From Pseudomonadota bacterium (GTDB taxonomy: Bacteria; Pseudomonadota; Gammaproteobacteria; Methylococcales; Methylococcaceae), in contig JBEBBO010000008.1 of the NCBI GenBank assembly GCA_041158345.1, forward strand, positions 841 to 64,840: a DNA stretch of 64,000 nt, read 5' to 3'. Shown one piece after another: positions 7,920 through 18,117 of this stretch. Below the pieces are notes generated by a model that worked only from the letters and a program-made list of their open reading frames with translations, was not told the origin of the DNA and did not search any database. A program made the translations under genes and the position numbers. How positions within the stretch are numbered: the first letter of the stretch is position 1; each line of letters begins with the position of its first letter.

Positions 7920-8375
7920 ATGAAATCTTCCATCGCCATTATTCTTTTGACCCTTTCCTTCCTTCCCGCTCACGCGGGTGTCGCGGGGAAAGCCGAAACC
8001 CCATCCTCCATGATCCAATGCAATGACGTGGAAAAGCATCCAAAGTCCCTACAGCAGTCGCTTAACGAACTGGAGACCAACCTCAAGCTCACGAGCACCC
8101 AAGCCCCGCTCTGGGAGGAATGGTCTGCAAAACTCATAACTGCGCATCAGATCAAGGATAAATTCAAAAAGGATGAGCAAGAGCGGCGTAAACTCCCTGC
8201 GCCTCTTCGACAAGAGCAATGGATGGCGTCCGTTCAGGAGCACCTCAATGCCATGAAGGCCAGTCTCCCCTTTTTGAAATCCCTGTATTCAAGTTTCAAT
8301 GGTGATCAGAAATCGCTTTTCGACCATGAAGTCCCCTTCAAACATCACGCAAACAGCCATTGTGGTAACGAATAG
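7920..8375 (+). CDS. periplasmic LTXXQ-motif (Spy/CpxP-like) protein
   Basis: The internal ATG at 7920 gives the signal peptide MKSSIAIILLTLSFLPAHA. The rest is helical and K/E/Q-rich and contains LKLTSTQ (an LTXXQ motif). Confidence 0.5.
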   Translation: MKSSIAIILLTLSFLPAHAGVAGKAETPSSMIQCNDVEKHPKSLQQSLNELETNLKLTSTQAPLWEEWSAKLITAHQIKDKFKKDEQERRKLPAPLRQEQWMASVQEHLNAMKASLPFLKSLYSSFNGDQKSLFDHEVPFKHHANSHCGNE

Positions 8376-8523
8376 AGGTCACTCTTTAGATCGTCGGGGC
8401 ATTGCGCTCGACAATCCGTCCTCCCCGGGTCACGATGGATCCGGGGAGATGGTGACTATTAGGCGCTCCTGGATGCCCTGCGATGGTCAAGACGATGATA
8501 CGAATCCCGCCCCGTAGAAACGG

Positions 8524-8970
8524 TCAGACTCGAATGGCAGGCGGCCTTTGTGTGGTGACATGGAGATCGGCCAGCGCTGCAATGCCCTCGGCAAGCACCT
8601 CCATCACATCCGAGCTACTCAGGATCCCCTTCAGAAGGCCCTGATCATCCACAACCGGGACTCGCCGTACGCCTCGATCCCGCATCTTTTCTACCGTGAG
8701 GTTTAAGTCGTCCGTCTCTCGCGCTAGGACGAGGTCCTGGCACATGATTTCGGAGACAGGTACATCGGCCCGGTCCCACTCTTTACGTACGATATCGAGA
8801 ACAATGTCGCGATCGGTCAGAATTCCAATCGGCTTCTGCGCACCATTTGCCCCCTCGACTATCACCACCGAGCCGACATCGTGTTCACGCATCAGTTTTG
8901 CAGCCTGTGAGACCTTGGCATCCCTCCGCGCGACGACGACTTCTCGATTACATATCTCTCCACAATTCAT
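8524..8970 (-). CDS. CBS-pair domain protein
   Basis: Two CBS-like repeats (VSQAAKLMREHDVGSVVIVE... and LNLTVEKMRDRGVRRVPVVDDQGLLKGILSSSDV). The ATG at 8970 is preceded by AGGAG. Confidence 0.8.
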   Translation of the reverse strand: MNCGEICNREVVVARRDAKVSQAAKLMREHDVGSVVIVEGANGAQKPIGILTDRDIVLDIVRKEWDRADVPVSEIMCQDLVLARETDDLNLTVEKMRDRGVRRVPVVDDQGLLKGILSSSDVMEVLAEGIAALADLHVTTQRPPAIRV

Positions 8971-9167
8971 GATGATCTCCTGAGTTTGGGTTGACCCGGC
9001 GGTGCCCACGACAGGGACTGCCGGATATGAATTGTGCAAACTAAATCTCCCATCTCACGTGGTAAATACGTGAACATCAGGACGTAACATCTCTGATTAT
9101 GAGCAGTTCTAGGAAATCGTACTGATCGACTCACATCCGCAATCAGGGTCCTAATTGACGGACTCAT

Positions 9168-10382
9168 TTGCTGGAAAACCTCATGGAAAATCCTTTTGCC
9201 TTCATCGGGTGCCCTACCCGTTGCATATCCAAAGTCAGGACCTCTGCAGATGTCAGCCGGGCCCTGACTTCGTCCTTTATTCTGTTTATCGTTCTGATAT
9301 CCCCCGGGATTTCAGGGCGTGAGTTGAACGCAGAGTGCGATCTTTCCGACGTTCCCTCGAGTCATCTTGCGGGTGACATTCGCTCCGAAATCAGTGATCG
9401 GGAACTGACGGCAGACGAATTGCGAACGATTGAAGTTTTTGAAAAGACCAAATCTTCCGTCGTTTTCATTAATACCCTCAGAAGGGTGCGTGATCCCTAC
9501 AAGAAACGGGCCTTTGCACTCACAACAGGATCCGGAAGTGGTTTCGTTTGGGATCGCAATGGCCACATCGTCACCAACCATCATGTGATGGCAGAGGCCG
9601 AAGAGATTACGGTCCGAATGCCGGATCGACGGGAACTGCATGCAAAACTAGTGGGCGTAAGTGCCGCTTATGACCTTGCAGTAATCAAAGTGGATTTCCC
9701 GCGCCCCCCCCCTCACCCGCTCAGGCTTTTCGATAGCACCTCACTTCGGGTGGGACAAAGAACGCTGGCCATTGGTAACCCTTTCGGTCTTGACCTGACC
9801 TTAACGTCCGGCGTGGTCTCCGCTCTCGACCGAAGTTTGATGGATGATGAAGGCAATCTGATTCAACACCTCATCCAGACGGATGCGGCAATCAACCCCG
9901 GTAACTCAGGTGGCCCCCTTCTGGATTCCAGAGGAAATCTCATCGGAATGAATACCGCCATCTTCAGTAGCTCTGGAACCAGCACGGGGGTTGGCTTTGC
10001 CATACCAACGAATACACTGAATCGAGTGATTCCCAGCCTCATTCGAGAGGGTCACTATCTTCGCCCATCCCTTGGAATCCGCGTTGATGATGGCATCAAC
10101 AAACTCGCTCAAAGCAAAATGGGATATCAGGGCGTTATGGTAATTGCTGTAGAGCAAGGTTCGCCCGCCGACCGAGGGGGGCTTCGTGGAAGCCAATTCG
10201 ACCGACTGGGCAATTTTCGGGCAGGTGACATTATCTCTGCCGTCGACGATGCACCGGTCCATAGCGTTGAAGACCTTTTGAAACATCTCGAAGAAAAGAC
10301 GGTCGGTCAAACCGTTCAAGTCCGATTTCAGCGGGAGGGTGTTTCCAGGCTGGTCAGCCTGACCCTCGATGCACTAGGCTGA
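9168..10382 (+). CDS. HtrA/DegP-family serine protease with one PDZ domain
   Basis: Catalytic-triad context HIVTNHHV, D in YDLAVIK, and GNSGGPLLD, with a C-terminal PDZ-like region. The track start at 9168 is TTG, and an ATG at 9183 is an alternative. Confidence 0.9.
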   Translation: MLENLMENPFAFIGCPTRCISKVRTSADVSRALTSSFILFIVLISPGISGRELNAECDLSDVPSSHLAGDIRSEISDRELTADELRTIEVFEKTKSSVVFINTLRRVRDPYKKRAFALTTGSGSGFVWDRNGHIVTNHHVMAEAEEITVRMPDRRELHAKLVGVSAAYDLAVIKVDFPRPPPHPLRLFDSTSLRVGQRTLAIGNPFGLDLTLTSGVVSALDRSLMDDEGNLIQHLIQTDAAINPGNSGGPLLDSRGNLIGMNTAIFSSSGTSTGVGFAIPTNTLNRVIPSLIREGHYLRPSLGIRVDDGINKLAQSKMGYQGVMVIAVEQGSPADRGGLRGSQFDRLGNFRAGDIISAVDDAPVHSVEDLLKHLEEKTVGQTVQVRFQREGVSRLVSLTLDALG

Positions 10383-10490
10383 GTCTTGATGGGCCAAGCT
10401 TCGATTTTGGCCATTTCCCCATCTCTCTCTTTCTAATCGACATTCAGAAACGATGCGTTAGAGACCAGCGACAATTACCGGCCCGCTGAT

Positions 10491-11156
10491 TTATGCGGGT
10501 GAGATCAGTTGAATGGTGTCATTCTTGGGATTATTAACCGCCACAGGGGCGCGATGACACTCCATTCTCTCTGAAGCCATCGGGCGAAGAAACCGTTGCA
10601 ATTTGAAGGCTTCCGATGTTTTCGGATCCATCCAGGCATCGTAATCCTCAGGTTCCAGAATCACCGGCATCCGGGGGTGGATCGGGCGCATTTTCTCATT
10701 AGCGACCGTCACGATAATGGAGCAGGTTTCCAAAACCATGCTGTCTCTTTCCCAGCGCTCCCAGATACCCGCAAAAGCAAAAGGATGACCGCCGATGAGT
10801 CGAAAAAAATAGGGTTGTTTATGCCCATCCGATTCTTTATGCCACTCGAAGAACCCATCGGCGGCAATCAAGCATCTTCTCTGCTTGAACGCTGACCGGA
10901 ATGCAGGCTTGTCTGCGATCGTCTCGGCGCGCGCATTGATCGTTGAGAACTCGGTTCGGGGCTCGCTCGACCAGGAAGGGACGAGCCCCCACTTCAAAAG
11001 AGCCAGCTCACGTTGGCCATGGGCATCGTATCTTGCAACAAGAACCTGGCTACTCGGGGGAATGTTGTAGCTGGGGCGAGCCGCAGGTTTACCCTTTGCC
11101 GAAAACAATTCCGCAAACGTGGACATATCGCTGAATCGAACATAACGACCGCACAT
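10491..11156 (-). CDS. SOS-response-associated peptidase (SRAP/YedK-like abasic-site processing protein)
   Basis: N-terminal MCGRY with the catalytic Cys2. The family pattern YNIPPS...LKWGLVPSW...INARAET...PMPVIL is present. Confidence 0.9.
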   Translation of the reverse strand: MCGRYVRFSDMSTFAELFSAKGKPAARPSYNIPPSSQVLVARYDAHGQRELALLKWGLVPSWSSEPRTEFSTINARAETIADKPAFRSAFKQRRCLIAADGFFEWHKESDGHKQPYFFRLIGGHPFAFAGIWERWERDSMVLETCSIIVTVANEKMRPIHPRMPVILEPEDYDAWMDPKTSEAFKLQRFLRPMASERMECHRAPVAVNNPKNDTIQLISPA

Positions 11157-11206
11157 CAGAGTTCAAGCGTCCTTTCCGGTTAAACAAGACCCCTTCAACA
11201 CCCGAT

Positions 11207-11713
11207 TCAAGACCAACGCGTCCACCACACACGGAGCAGAAATTCTCCAGGCTGGTAGTCGAACTTCAATTCCCCTTTGTAGGCATCATAAAGCGCCTCA
11301 CCCACAGCCCTTGCCAACTGCGGGTCCGTGAATGTCATGCACGTCTGACCTTCGGCCGCTTGGTGCGTTTCAATGACTCTTTTCAGGGGATGTTCCGCCT
11401 TTTCTTTCATTTCAACATTCACGATCAGATGGTTAATCTCGGGTTCGTGTTGTCTATAAAAGTCTCCGCCAATCGTCAGGAATCCCGCGGGGCAGCGGTC
11501 TTTGATTCGCCTACAAGCCGGACATAATTTGAGCACTGCGTATGAATCAGCTTTCTGCCACGTCCATCGCCCTTTGTGATAGCTCGCACCACATTCGGCA
11601 CAAGCACTCGGTTCCGCTAATTTTTCCTGGCCATGATAGGGATCATGCTGAAGCTCTCTCAGATTTCTAATTTGGAAAGCTTGTTCATGGTGTTCAAAGC
11701 GATGCGTGGACAT
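11207..11713 (-). CDS. NMD3-like zinc-ribbon protein, paralog of 3300-3797
   Basis: Same architecture as the paralog: HDPY, CAECGASY...CPACRRI, CPAGFLTIGG, HPLKR, FTDP and a terminal W(T)R. Confidence 0.6.
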   Translation of the reverse strand: MSTHRFEHHEQAFQIRNLRELQHDPYHGQEKLAEPSACAECGASYHKGRWTWQKADSYAVLKLCPACRRIKDRCPAGFLTIGGDFYRQHEPEINHLIVNVEMKEKAEHPLKRVIETHQAAEGQTCMTFTDPQLARAVGEALYDAYKGELKFDYQPGEFLLRVWWTRWS

Positions 11714-11767
11714 ATTTAACTCCCCTCCGCTTCGAACGAGTCAATAGAGCAAAATTTAGTCATGGGC

Positions 11768-13690
11768 TTACTCCTTTTGAATCCAAGATCTGATCATCGT
11801 GCCATTCACCTCCTCGTGATCCATCAACTCCTGGATGATCCGCTCAAGCGCTTTTTGATGGGCCGATAACGTGTTGATGGCGACTCCTTCAGCCTCCCCC
11901 ACGATTCGGCGAATTTCTGAATCAATTCGCTCGGATGAAACTTCACTGAAATCAAGCGATTCAGTCTCTTCATGCTCTAGAAAAAATAGTCGTTGGCGAT
12001 GACCCAAAACGACAGGTCCAAATGTAGGACTCATTCCCCATTCACACACCATCTTTCGAGCAATTGTATTGGCCGTGTGCAGATCATTCGAAGCGCCATT
12101 GGAGTAGCTTCCAAACCGCATTTTCTCTGCGGCCCGGCCAGCCAAAAGGACCGTGATCTGATCCCAAAGCTGGGGCTCGGTTAAAAAGAATCGTTCCTGT
12201 TCTGGCGATTGCAGCGTGAATCCCAAGGCAGCCGCACCCCTTGGGATGATGGAGACCTTCTGGACAGGCTCGGCATTGGGCAGCAATTCCGCCACCAGAG
12301 CATGGCCGGCTTCATGGCAGGCCACCCGTTGTTTTTCATCCGCGGAGAGCAAAATGGAACGCTTTTCAGGTCCCGCAATGACACGCTCGATGGCGGTTTC
12401 AAAATGCGTCATTTGAATGCATGGCGCATCATCCCTGACCGCCAAAATGGCTGCCTCATTACAGATATTGGCAAGATCTGCACCGACTAATCCTGCCGTT
12501 CTTTTGGCAATGACATGAAGATCCATATCGGTTCCAAGAACCAGCGAACGGGCATGCAGCTGCAATATGGCCTCTCTGTCCTCAAGACCTGGCTTATCCA
12601 CGACAATCTGACGATCAAATCGCCCCGCTCTCAGAAGCGCTCGATCCAGAATTTCGGGTCGGTTGGTTGCCGCCATCACAATGATGCCCGCCGAAGGATC
12701 AAATCCATCCATCTCGGTCAGAAGCTGGTTGAGCGTCTGCTCCCTTTCGTCATGCGCACCGAGAGGGTTGACCCCCCCTCGGCTTCGTCCAATGGCGTCG
12801 AGTTCATCAATGAAGATCATGCAGGGTGCGTGCTCCCGAGCTTGCTCAAAAAGCTCCCGTACACGAGCCGCCCCAACACCGACAAAGATCTCCATAAATT
12901 CAGCCCCGCTGATGTTGTAGAAAGGAACCCCTGCTTCCCCTGCAACGGCACGAGCCAGCAAGGTCTTACCCGTCCCAGGCGCGCCGACCAACAGTAAGCC
13001 TTTCGGCATTCGCCCTCCGAGCCGTTGAATTCTTTGGGGATCCTTGAGAAAGGTAATGGCCTCCTGAAGTTCCTGTTTGGCCTCACGCGTTCCCGCGACG
13101 TCATCAAATTTAAGTCGATTTGCATTCCCCTGGATCAAGGGAATCATGGGTTTTCGCTTGCCAAACCATGCCCCTCCCCCACTCTGAATTTGCTTTGAGA
13201 TGAAAAGCATCAACCCCATCATCAGGATGAAAGGAAGAAGCCAAATGAGCAGGAATGAGAATAAATCGGATTCTTCGATCGCACGGAATGTGATCTTTCT
13301 TGCCGTCAATTTTTGGATGAGATCTGGATCTTCTACCCTCAGGCTGAAAAAGGGCGATTGCCGCCTCCCTTCTTGACCTAAAAGTCCTTGAATTTGCCTT
13401 TGAGAAATCCGAAGGTCAGCCACCTCACCAAGATCCACTCTGGAGAGAAATTCGGCATAGCTGATTTCGTGCTCGATGTTTTTTGAAATGACATGACTGA
13501 AAACCCCCAAAGTAAGGGCCACGATGCAGATAAGAAACCATCTCGGCTTCCCGGATGGGAAGGGGATTTGTTCAGAAACTCCAGACCCAATCGATCGGCA
13601 AAACCTTCCGATCCGATTAAAAATCCGAACGGACCGGAGAGCCTCCTCATGGGGATGCAGCACGGGCTCTGTCTTTTCTCTTTTACTCAT
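11768..13690 (-). CDS. ftsH: ATP-dependent zinc metalloprotease FtsH
   Basis: Walker A GAPGTGKT, Walker B IIFIDELD, SRH region, and the zinc site HEAGHALV. Two N-terminal TM helices. I chose the start at ATG 13690 (MSKREK..., 640 aa) because the longer track ORF would overlap the upstream gene. Confidence 0.9.
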   Translation of the reverse strand: MSKREKTEPVLHPHEEALRSVRIFNRIGRFCRSIGSGVSEQIPFPSGKPRWFLICIVALTLGVFSHVISKNIEHEISYAEFLSRVDLGEVADLRISQRQIQGLLGQEGRRQSPFFSLRVEDPDLIQKLTARKITFRAIEESDLFSFLLIWLLPFILMMGLMLFISKQIQSGGGAWFGKRKPMIPLIQGNANRLKFDDVAGTREAKQELQEAITFLKDPQRIQRLGGRMPKGLLLVGAPGTGKTLLARAVAGEAGVPFYNISGAEFMEIFVGVGAARVRELFEQAREHAPCMIFIDELDAIGRSRGGVNPLGAHDEREQTLNQLLTEMDGFDPSAGIIVMAATNRPEILDRALLRAGRFDRQIVVDKPGLEDREAILQLHARSLVLGTDMDLHVIAKRTAGLVGADLANICNEAAILAVRDDAPCIQMTHFETAIERVIAGPEKRSILLSADEKQRVACHEAGHALVAELLPNAEPVQKVSIIPRGAAALGFTLQSPEQERFFLTEPQLWDQITVLLAGRAAEKMRFGSYSNGASNDLHTANTIARKMVCEWGMSPTFGPVVLGHRQRLFFLEHEETESLDFSEVSSERIDSEIRRIVGEAEGVAINTLSAHQKALERIIQELMDHEEVNGTMIRSWIQKE

Positions 13691-13874
13691 GGCCACTCGT
13701 CGCCTCGGTGATTCGCCATTGATGCTGGACGATAAACAGGCCAGCCCCGACCGTCTGTGCGTAATCACACGAGGCATCCCGAAACAGAACTTGTCCATAA
13801 CACCGGATGCGATGAGAGGGGCTTCACTCCCTGAATATGTCCCTCGTGACATGTACATCCGAGAAGTGGGCTTT

Positions 13875-14264
13875 TTAAGGAATAGGCTTGCCACTTGGCG
13901 AGGCATTGGGAATGTGTCGCATACCCTCCTGGAGATGGCCAAACAGCTTTGCGCCCTCATCGGGATTGGCGCCACTCACCAGGATGGCCACGACGAGTTC
14001 CTCACCGAAGCGCATGCACTCCACAACCGCGATTGTCTGATCGGACCAGGAGCGAACCGAGTCCGCATCAACCGTCACATGATGCGTGGCGTCTTTGAGT
14101 ACCCCGCTGGATGCCTGTTTGACACAGCCGGAACGATCATTGTCTCGACCCCAGTGGATATGGTCCCACCATAGATTGGGTGCCGCTTGGGCCATCATGG
14201 GTACACTATATAAAAGCCAGATACTCACGATGACCCGAACCCATTTAAAGTTTTCATTCTTCAT
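13875..14264 (-). CDS. secreted hypothetical protein (129 aa)
   Basis: Signal peptide MKNENFKWVRVIVSIWLLYSVPMMAQA, with AGAGGT upstream of the ATG. Confidence 0.45.
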   Translation of the reverse strand: MKNENFKWVRVIVSIWLLYSVPMMAQAAPNLWWDHIHWGRDNDRSGCVKQASSGVLKDATHHVTVDADSVRSWSDQTIAVVECMRFGEELVVAILVSGANPDEGAKLFGHLQEGMRHIPNASPSGKPIP

Positions 14265-14970
14265 AATGACCTCTGTTGGAAAGCTCTCCTCAGCAGGGCT
14301 AGTTCAAGCGAAGAGCCTCCGGCTCGGATTGACCGCTCTGATGCTCCCCATCAATGAAGGCAATGCCGGAAGCGATCGGAAGCGAGGCCAGGAATTCCGC
14401 GAGGGGCGGTTTTCCCAAGAGATACCAGTACTGGATCAGGATGCGAGTGATCTCACCCTCGACGGCCCGAAGGTGGTCTTTTTCGGATAAATACTTCATA
14501 CGCAAAACCCCGCTGCGTTATAGGTTTTAAAGGCGCAGGACCTCTCGTCCGGTTCTCGGATCTGAAGATCATTCGCTCAGGTGTCCAGCGACTACTAGGT
14601 CGAAGGCCATGATTTCAGCGCACTAAAAATCAGCTTTGGAGAGGTGCTTAGTGCTCCCGATGGTCCCAAAGCCCATCCCGTCTTCATAGACCTATGGCTT
14701 GATCGTTCGGCCCATAAGGTCAAAAGCTACCGGCGAAGCTGAAGTACCGTGGACGAACAGAACGAGACTCTTCCCTTTTGATTTCTCGCCAGAGCATCGA
14801 TCGTCCTTCGTGTTCTCACCATGGCGGGAACAGGATGCACTCTCTATTCAGTTCACGATATTGGGGGTATCCCCTATGGGGAATCGGGAGCGGTGAATTC
14901 AGGATCTGAGCACACACGCCTTGACGAATGTCATATAGTCGAACCTACGGATATTCAGATGCGAAAGATC

Positions 14971-15420
14971 ATGTCCAAGACCCGTTCAGTGCCACAGGAA
15001 TCAGGAATCAGGAATCAGGAATCAATGAGAGTGTCGGTCAATCCCCTCCGAGGGAAGAGGATCCTTGTACTTGATGACGACCGAAGTAACCTCGAAGCCG
15101 TAGGGATGCTCTTGGGACACTTCGAAACGACAGCCTTCCTATTCGAGAGTGGCGAAGATGCTATGGATTGGCTGAAAAACCATTACCACCAATGTGATGC
15201 GGTAATTACAGACATTGCCATGCCCGTGATGGATGGCTTTGCCTTTGCACGTCATATCCGAGACGTGCTGGGCCTTCTTCACCTGCCCGTCATTGCGGTT
15301 ACCGGTGAGCCTATAGAAGCCAACTCACCAAGAGCGATCTCAGCAGGTTTTACCGCCCTTCTAAGGAAGCCTATCCATCCTGATGATTTACATCAGGTTT
15401 TAGTCCGGTATATCAACTAA
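14971..15420 (+). CDS. single-domain (CheY-like) response regulator
   Basis: Receiver domain KRILVLDDD...ITDIAMPVMDG...VTGE...LRKP with no output domain. The start is ambiguous among ATG 14959, 14971 and 15025. Confidence 0.75.
   Translation: MSKTRSVPQESGIRNQESMRVSVNPLRGKRILVLDDDRSNLEAVGMLLGHFETTAFLFESGEDAMDWLKNHYHQCDAVITDIAMPVMDGFAFARHIRDVLGLLHLPVIAVTGEPIEANSPRAISAGFTALLRKPIHPDDLHQVLVRYIN
14997..15024 (+). repeat. (GGAATCA)x4 perfect heptanucleotide tandem repeat
   Basis: Read directly: four perfect copies ending immediately before the ATG at 15025. Confidence 0.95.
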
Positions 15421-15488
15421 AGCGAGAGGGCGACGGCCTTTTCTATACGGCGCCTCGCCAGATCACTCTGATCGCTCGCATATTTCCT

Positions 15489-17528
15489 CTATTTCTCGAC
15501 GAATCGCTCACCTTCCCCTATCCCCATGGCGTGCCGATTCAGTGTTTGGGTGACAATCTCTAGGATCATATTTAAAAGCTTTCGTTGTTCAGGAAGGATG
15601 ACGCGCCGAAGCATTGGAGGCTTTATCACGAGCACACCAGCCGCAGTGTCACTTCGTGAGGCAGTTGCCATCATCGGTAAATAAAGAAACTCCGCGCCTG
15701 AAAGGATATGAGTCCCTTTTCCAGCGGCCACTTTATGCTGGAAAACCCATTGGGCAACGCCCATATCCACCTTATTCGGGGAATACTCACTGGATTTGCT
15801 CGAGAGAAACTCCAAGTTGCCCTCCCGATTCGGAAGAACAAATACCACCTTGCCACCAAACTCCCGATGCAACCCTTTGATTGCTAAATCAATGGCCTCA
15901 TAGCAATTGTGACTGTCTGCCAACTCGCGGCTCATTTGATATAGAAGGCTCAAACGACGCTCGCGATGCACAGAGTCAGAGGCATAATGGCGTATCTGCT
16001 CCATCAAGTGGCCCGGTATAAAGCCCACAATCAAGATGGCCAAAATCGTTAGAGCGCTCTGCGGGTCTGCGATAGTCCAGTTTAGAGCAGGTCCGGCGAA
16101 AAGAAAGTCCAAAGCCCCGATAACGAGGAGGGATGCCATCATTGCCGGGCCTTTTCCCCAATGCATGGCAACCATCAAAATCCCCAGGACATGGATCATG
16201 ATGAGGTTCACCTTCGAAAGATAGGGTGAAAGTAACCATGCAATCCATACAACACCCGCACTGATTCCCAGGCCCGAAATGTAGCTTAATAGGCACCTTT
16301 CTCTCTCTGATTCCTCCTGTTCCAGAAAAGCCTGAAGGTCAACGTCTTCATTGCTAAACGGTTTGACAAATTCGGCAACCTGTTCGTCAGGGCTACCGAG
16401 TAGGTAAAGATTAATGTCTTGTGCCCGACGAATGAGCGTGTCGACCATCGACCCACGAATCCAATGTTGAAGACCACGCAAGCTGGGCCGACCCAATACC
16501 AGCTTGCTGATATTTCGCTCTCGGGCGAACCGAATGATTTCGCTACTACTTTCAGCCCCGCGCAAGGTGACCGTCTCAGCACCCAGATCCTCAGCAAACT
16601 TCAACATTTGAAGCACTCGTCCTCGCTGTTCCGTAGGCAATCTCTCGAGCTCAGGCGTCTCGACATAAGCCACTATCCACTCTGCTCGAAGGGCGGAGGC
16701 AAAGCGCTTACCCGACCGTATTAACCGTTCACCCGTTTCCGTCGGACCGATACAGACCAAAACGTATTCCGACACCGGCCACACATCATGAATATGGTGG
16801 TTTTCCCGATAGCATTGCATCTGCGCATCAACCTGTTGTGTGGTCTGACGCAGTGCCAATTCTCTTAACGCGATCAGATTGCCTTCTTTGAAGAAATGTT
16901 GCGCAGCTTTCCGCGCTTGTTCTCCTGAGTAAATTTTGCCGTCTCGTAATCGGTCCAGAAGCTCACGAGGGGGCAGATCAATCAGACAGACTTCATCAGC
17001 CTGCTCAAAAACTCGATCGGGAAATGTTTCACCCACCCTCACACCTGCAATGTGGCCCACATCATCATTGAGACTCTCAAGATGTTGAACATTGACGGTC
17101 GTGTAGACATCGATCCCCGCCTCCAGTATTTCTTCGATGTCCTGCCAACGTTTGAGATGTCGTAAGCCACTCACATTGTTATGCGCCAGTTCATCGACCA
17201 GGATGAGTTCAGGTCGACGCTGAAGGGCAAGATCCAGATTAAATTCCCGAATCAGAATGCCTCGGTATTTGACTTCAAGTGCCGGCAAGAGCTCAAAACC
17301 CTCGAGAAATGTCTGGGTTCCGATACGGCCATGGGTTTCAATCCATCCGGCGACCACATCTGTACCCGAGAGAAGCTTCTGCTTGCCTGCCTGAAGCATC
17401 GCGCAGGTTTTTCCAACACCGGCGACCGAGCCAAAAAAGATTTTTAATCGGCCTCGCCTGCGGCGCCGTTCTGCGGACCGAGTACGCGCCAACAATCGAT
17501 CCGGGTCTGGACGCTGCGGTTCTGTCAC
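15489..17528 (-). CDS. kdpD: KdpD sensor module without a histidine-kinase transmitter (KdpD-N + Usp + 4 TM + GAF-like)
   Basis: The N-terminal KdpD domain has a P-loop (GSVAGVGKT), followed by a Usp-like region, hydrophobic helices and a GAF-like C-terminal part (VAQWVF...LPEQRKLL). The ORF stops about where the H-box helix of full-length KdpD begins, and no HisKA or HATPase motifs are present. Confidence 0.85.
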   Translation of the reverse strand: MTEPQRPDPDRLLARTRSAERRRRRGRLKIFFGSVAGVGKTCAMLQAGKQKLLSGTDVVAGWIETHGRIGTQTFLEGFELLPALEVKYRGILIREFNLDLALQRRPELILVDELAHNNVSGLRHLKRWQDIEEILEAGIDVYTTVNVQHLESLNDDVGHIAGVRVGETFPDRVFEQADEVCLIDLPPRELLDRLRDGKIYSGEQARKAAQHFFKEGNLIALRELALRQTTQQVDAQMQCYRENHHIHDVWPVSEYVLVCIGPTETGERLIRSGKRFASALRAEWIVAYVETPELERLPTEQRGRVLQMLKFAEDLGAETVTLRGAESSSEIIRFARERNISKLVLGRPSLRGLQHWIRGSMVDTLIRRAQDINLYLLGSPDEQVAEFVKPFSNEDVDLQAFLEQEESERERCLLSYISGLGISAGVVWIAWLLSPYLSKVNLIMIHVLGILMVAMHWGKGPAMMASLLVIGALDFLFAGPALNWTIADPQSALTILAILIVGFIPGHLMEQIRHYASDSVHRERRLSLLYQMSRELADSHNCYEAIDLAIKGLHREFGGKVVFVLPNREGNLEFLSSKSSEYSPNKVDMGVAQWVFQHKVAAGKGTHILSGAEFLYLPMMATASRSDTAAGVLVIKPPMLRRVILPEQRKLLNMILEIVTQTLNRHAMGIGEGERFVEK

Positions 17529-17535
17529 CGAGTCC

Positions 17536-18117
17536 TCACGAGGAGCTCAGACGGTCAAGCGCAAGATTCAAATCGAGCACGTTTACGCGTGGCTCTTGCC
17601 ATAAATAAGGGCGAGCAGGAACCGCGAATTGCTCCACGAGAGCTTCTATCGTTCCGGGCTTCAAATGCCTGACCCTCGCAATCCGGGCGATTTGGTAGTG
17701 TGCGGCTGCAACACTGATCTCTGGATCCAGCCCGCTTCCGGAGGCGGTTACCAGATCGATGGGAATAGGCGCTGGGTTTTCAGGGTCCATTTTTCGAAGC
17801 AGTTGAATTCTGGTTTTGATCAGATCGACCAGCACAGGGTTTGAAGGCCCGAGATTGGATCCATTCGAGGCGCGTGCATTATTGGCCCCCCCTGGAGTTG
17901 CTGAAGGCCGACCCCAAAAATAGTACGGAGCTGAAAAATATTGGCCCAGAATCTGGGATCCAACGGGAATGTCGCGAAATCGGACAATGCTCCCGTTGGC
18001 CTGAACAGGCATGAAGGACTGAGCTATTCCTGTCACCACCACCGGATAAAGGATTCCGAAGATGAAGGACCATGCCAGTAACATTACAAAAGAGGACTGG
18101 ATGACATTCAGTCGCAT
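17536..18117 (-). CDS. kdpC: potassium-transporting ATPase subunit KdpC
   Basis: Single N-terminal TM helix and KdpC-like motifs (SGSGLDP.IS...A). The ATG at 18117 overlaps the kdpB stop codon. Confidence 0.9.
   Translation of the reverse strand: MRLNVIQSSFVMLLAWSFIFGILYPVVVTGIAQSFMPVQANGSIVRFRDIPVGSQILGQYFSAPYYFWGRPSATPGGANNARASNGSNLGPSNPVLVDLIKTRIQLLRKMDPENPAPIPIDLVTASGSGLDPEISVAAAHYQIARIARVRHLKPGTIEALVEQFAVPARPYLWQEPRVNVLDLNLALDRLSSS

Noticed and set aside
12515-12997. 160-aa plus-strand ORF inside ftsH
   Set aside because: Antisense shadow ORF.
13691-13975. 95-codon N-terminal extension of ftsH in the track ORF
   Set aside because: It would overlap the upstream signal-peptide gene (13875-14264). 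The start at 13690 gives a canonical FtsH length.
14299-14505. 68-aa minus-strand ORF with a TTG start
   Set aside because: It has no RBS and no family, and an equally long ORF overlaps it on the other strand.
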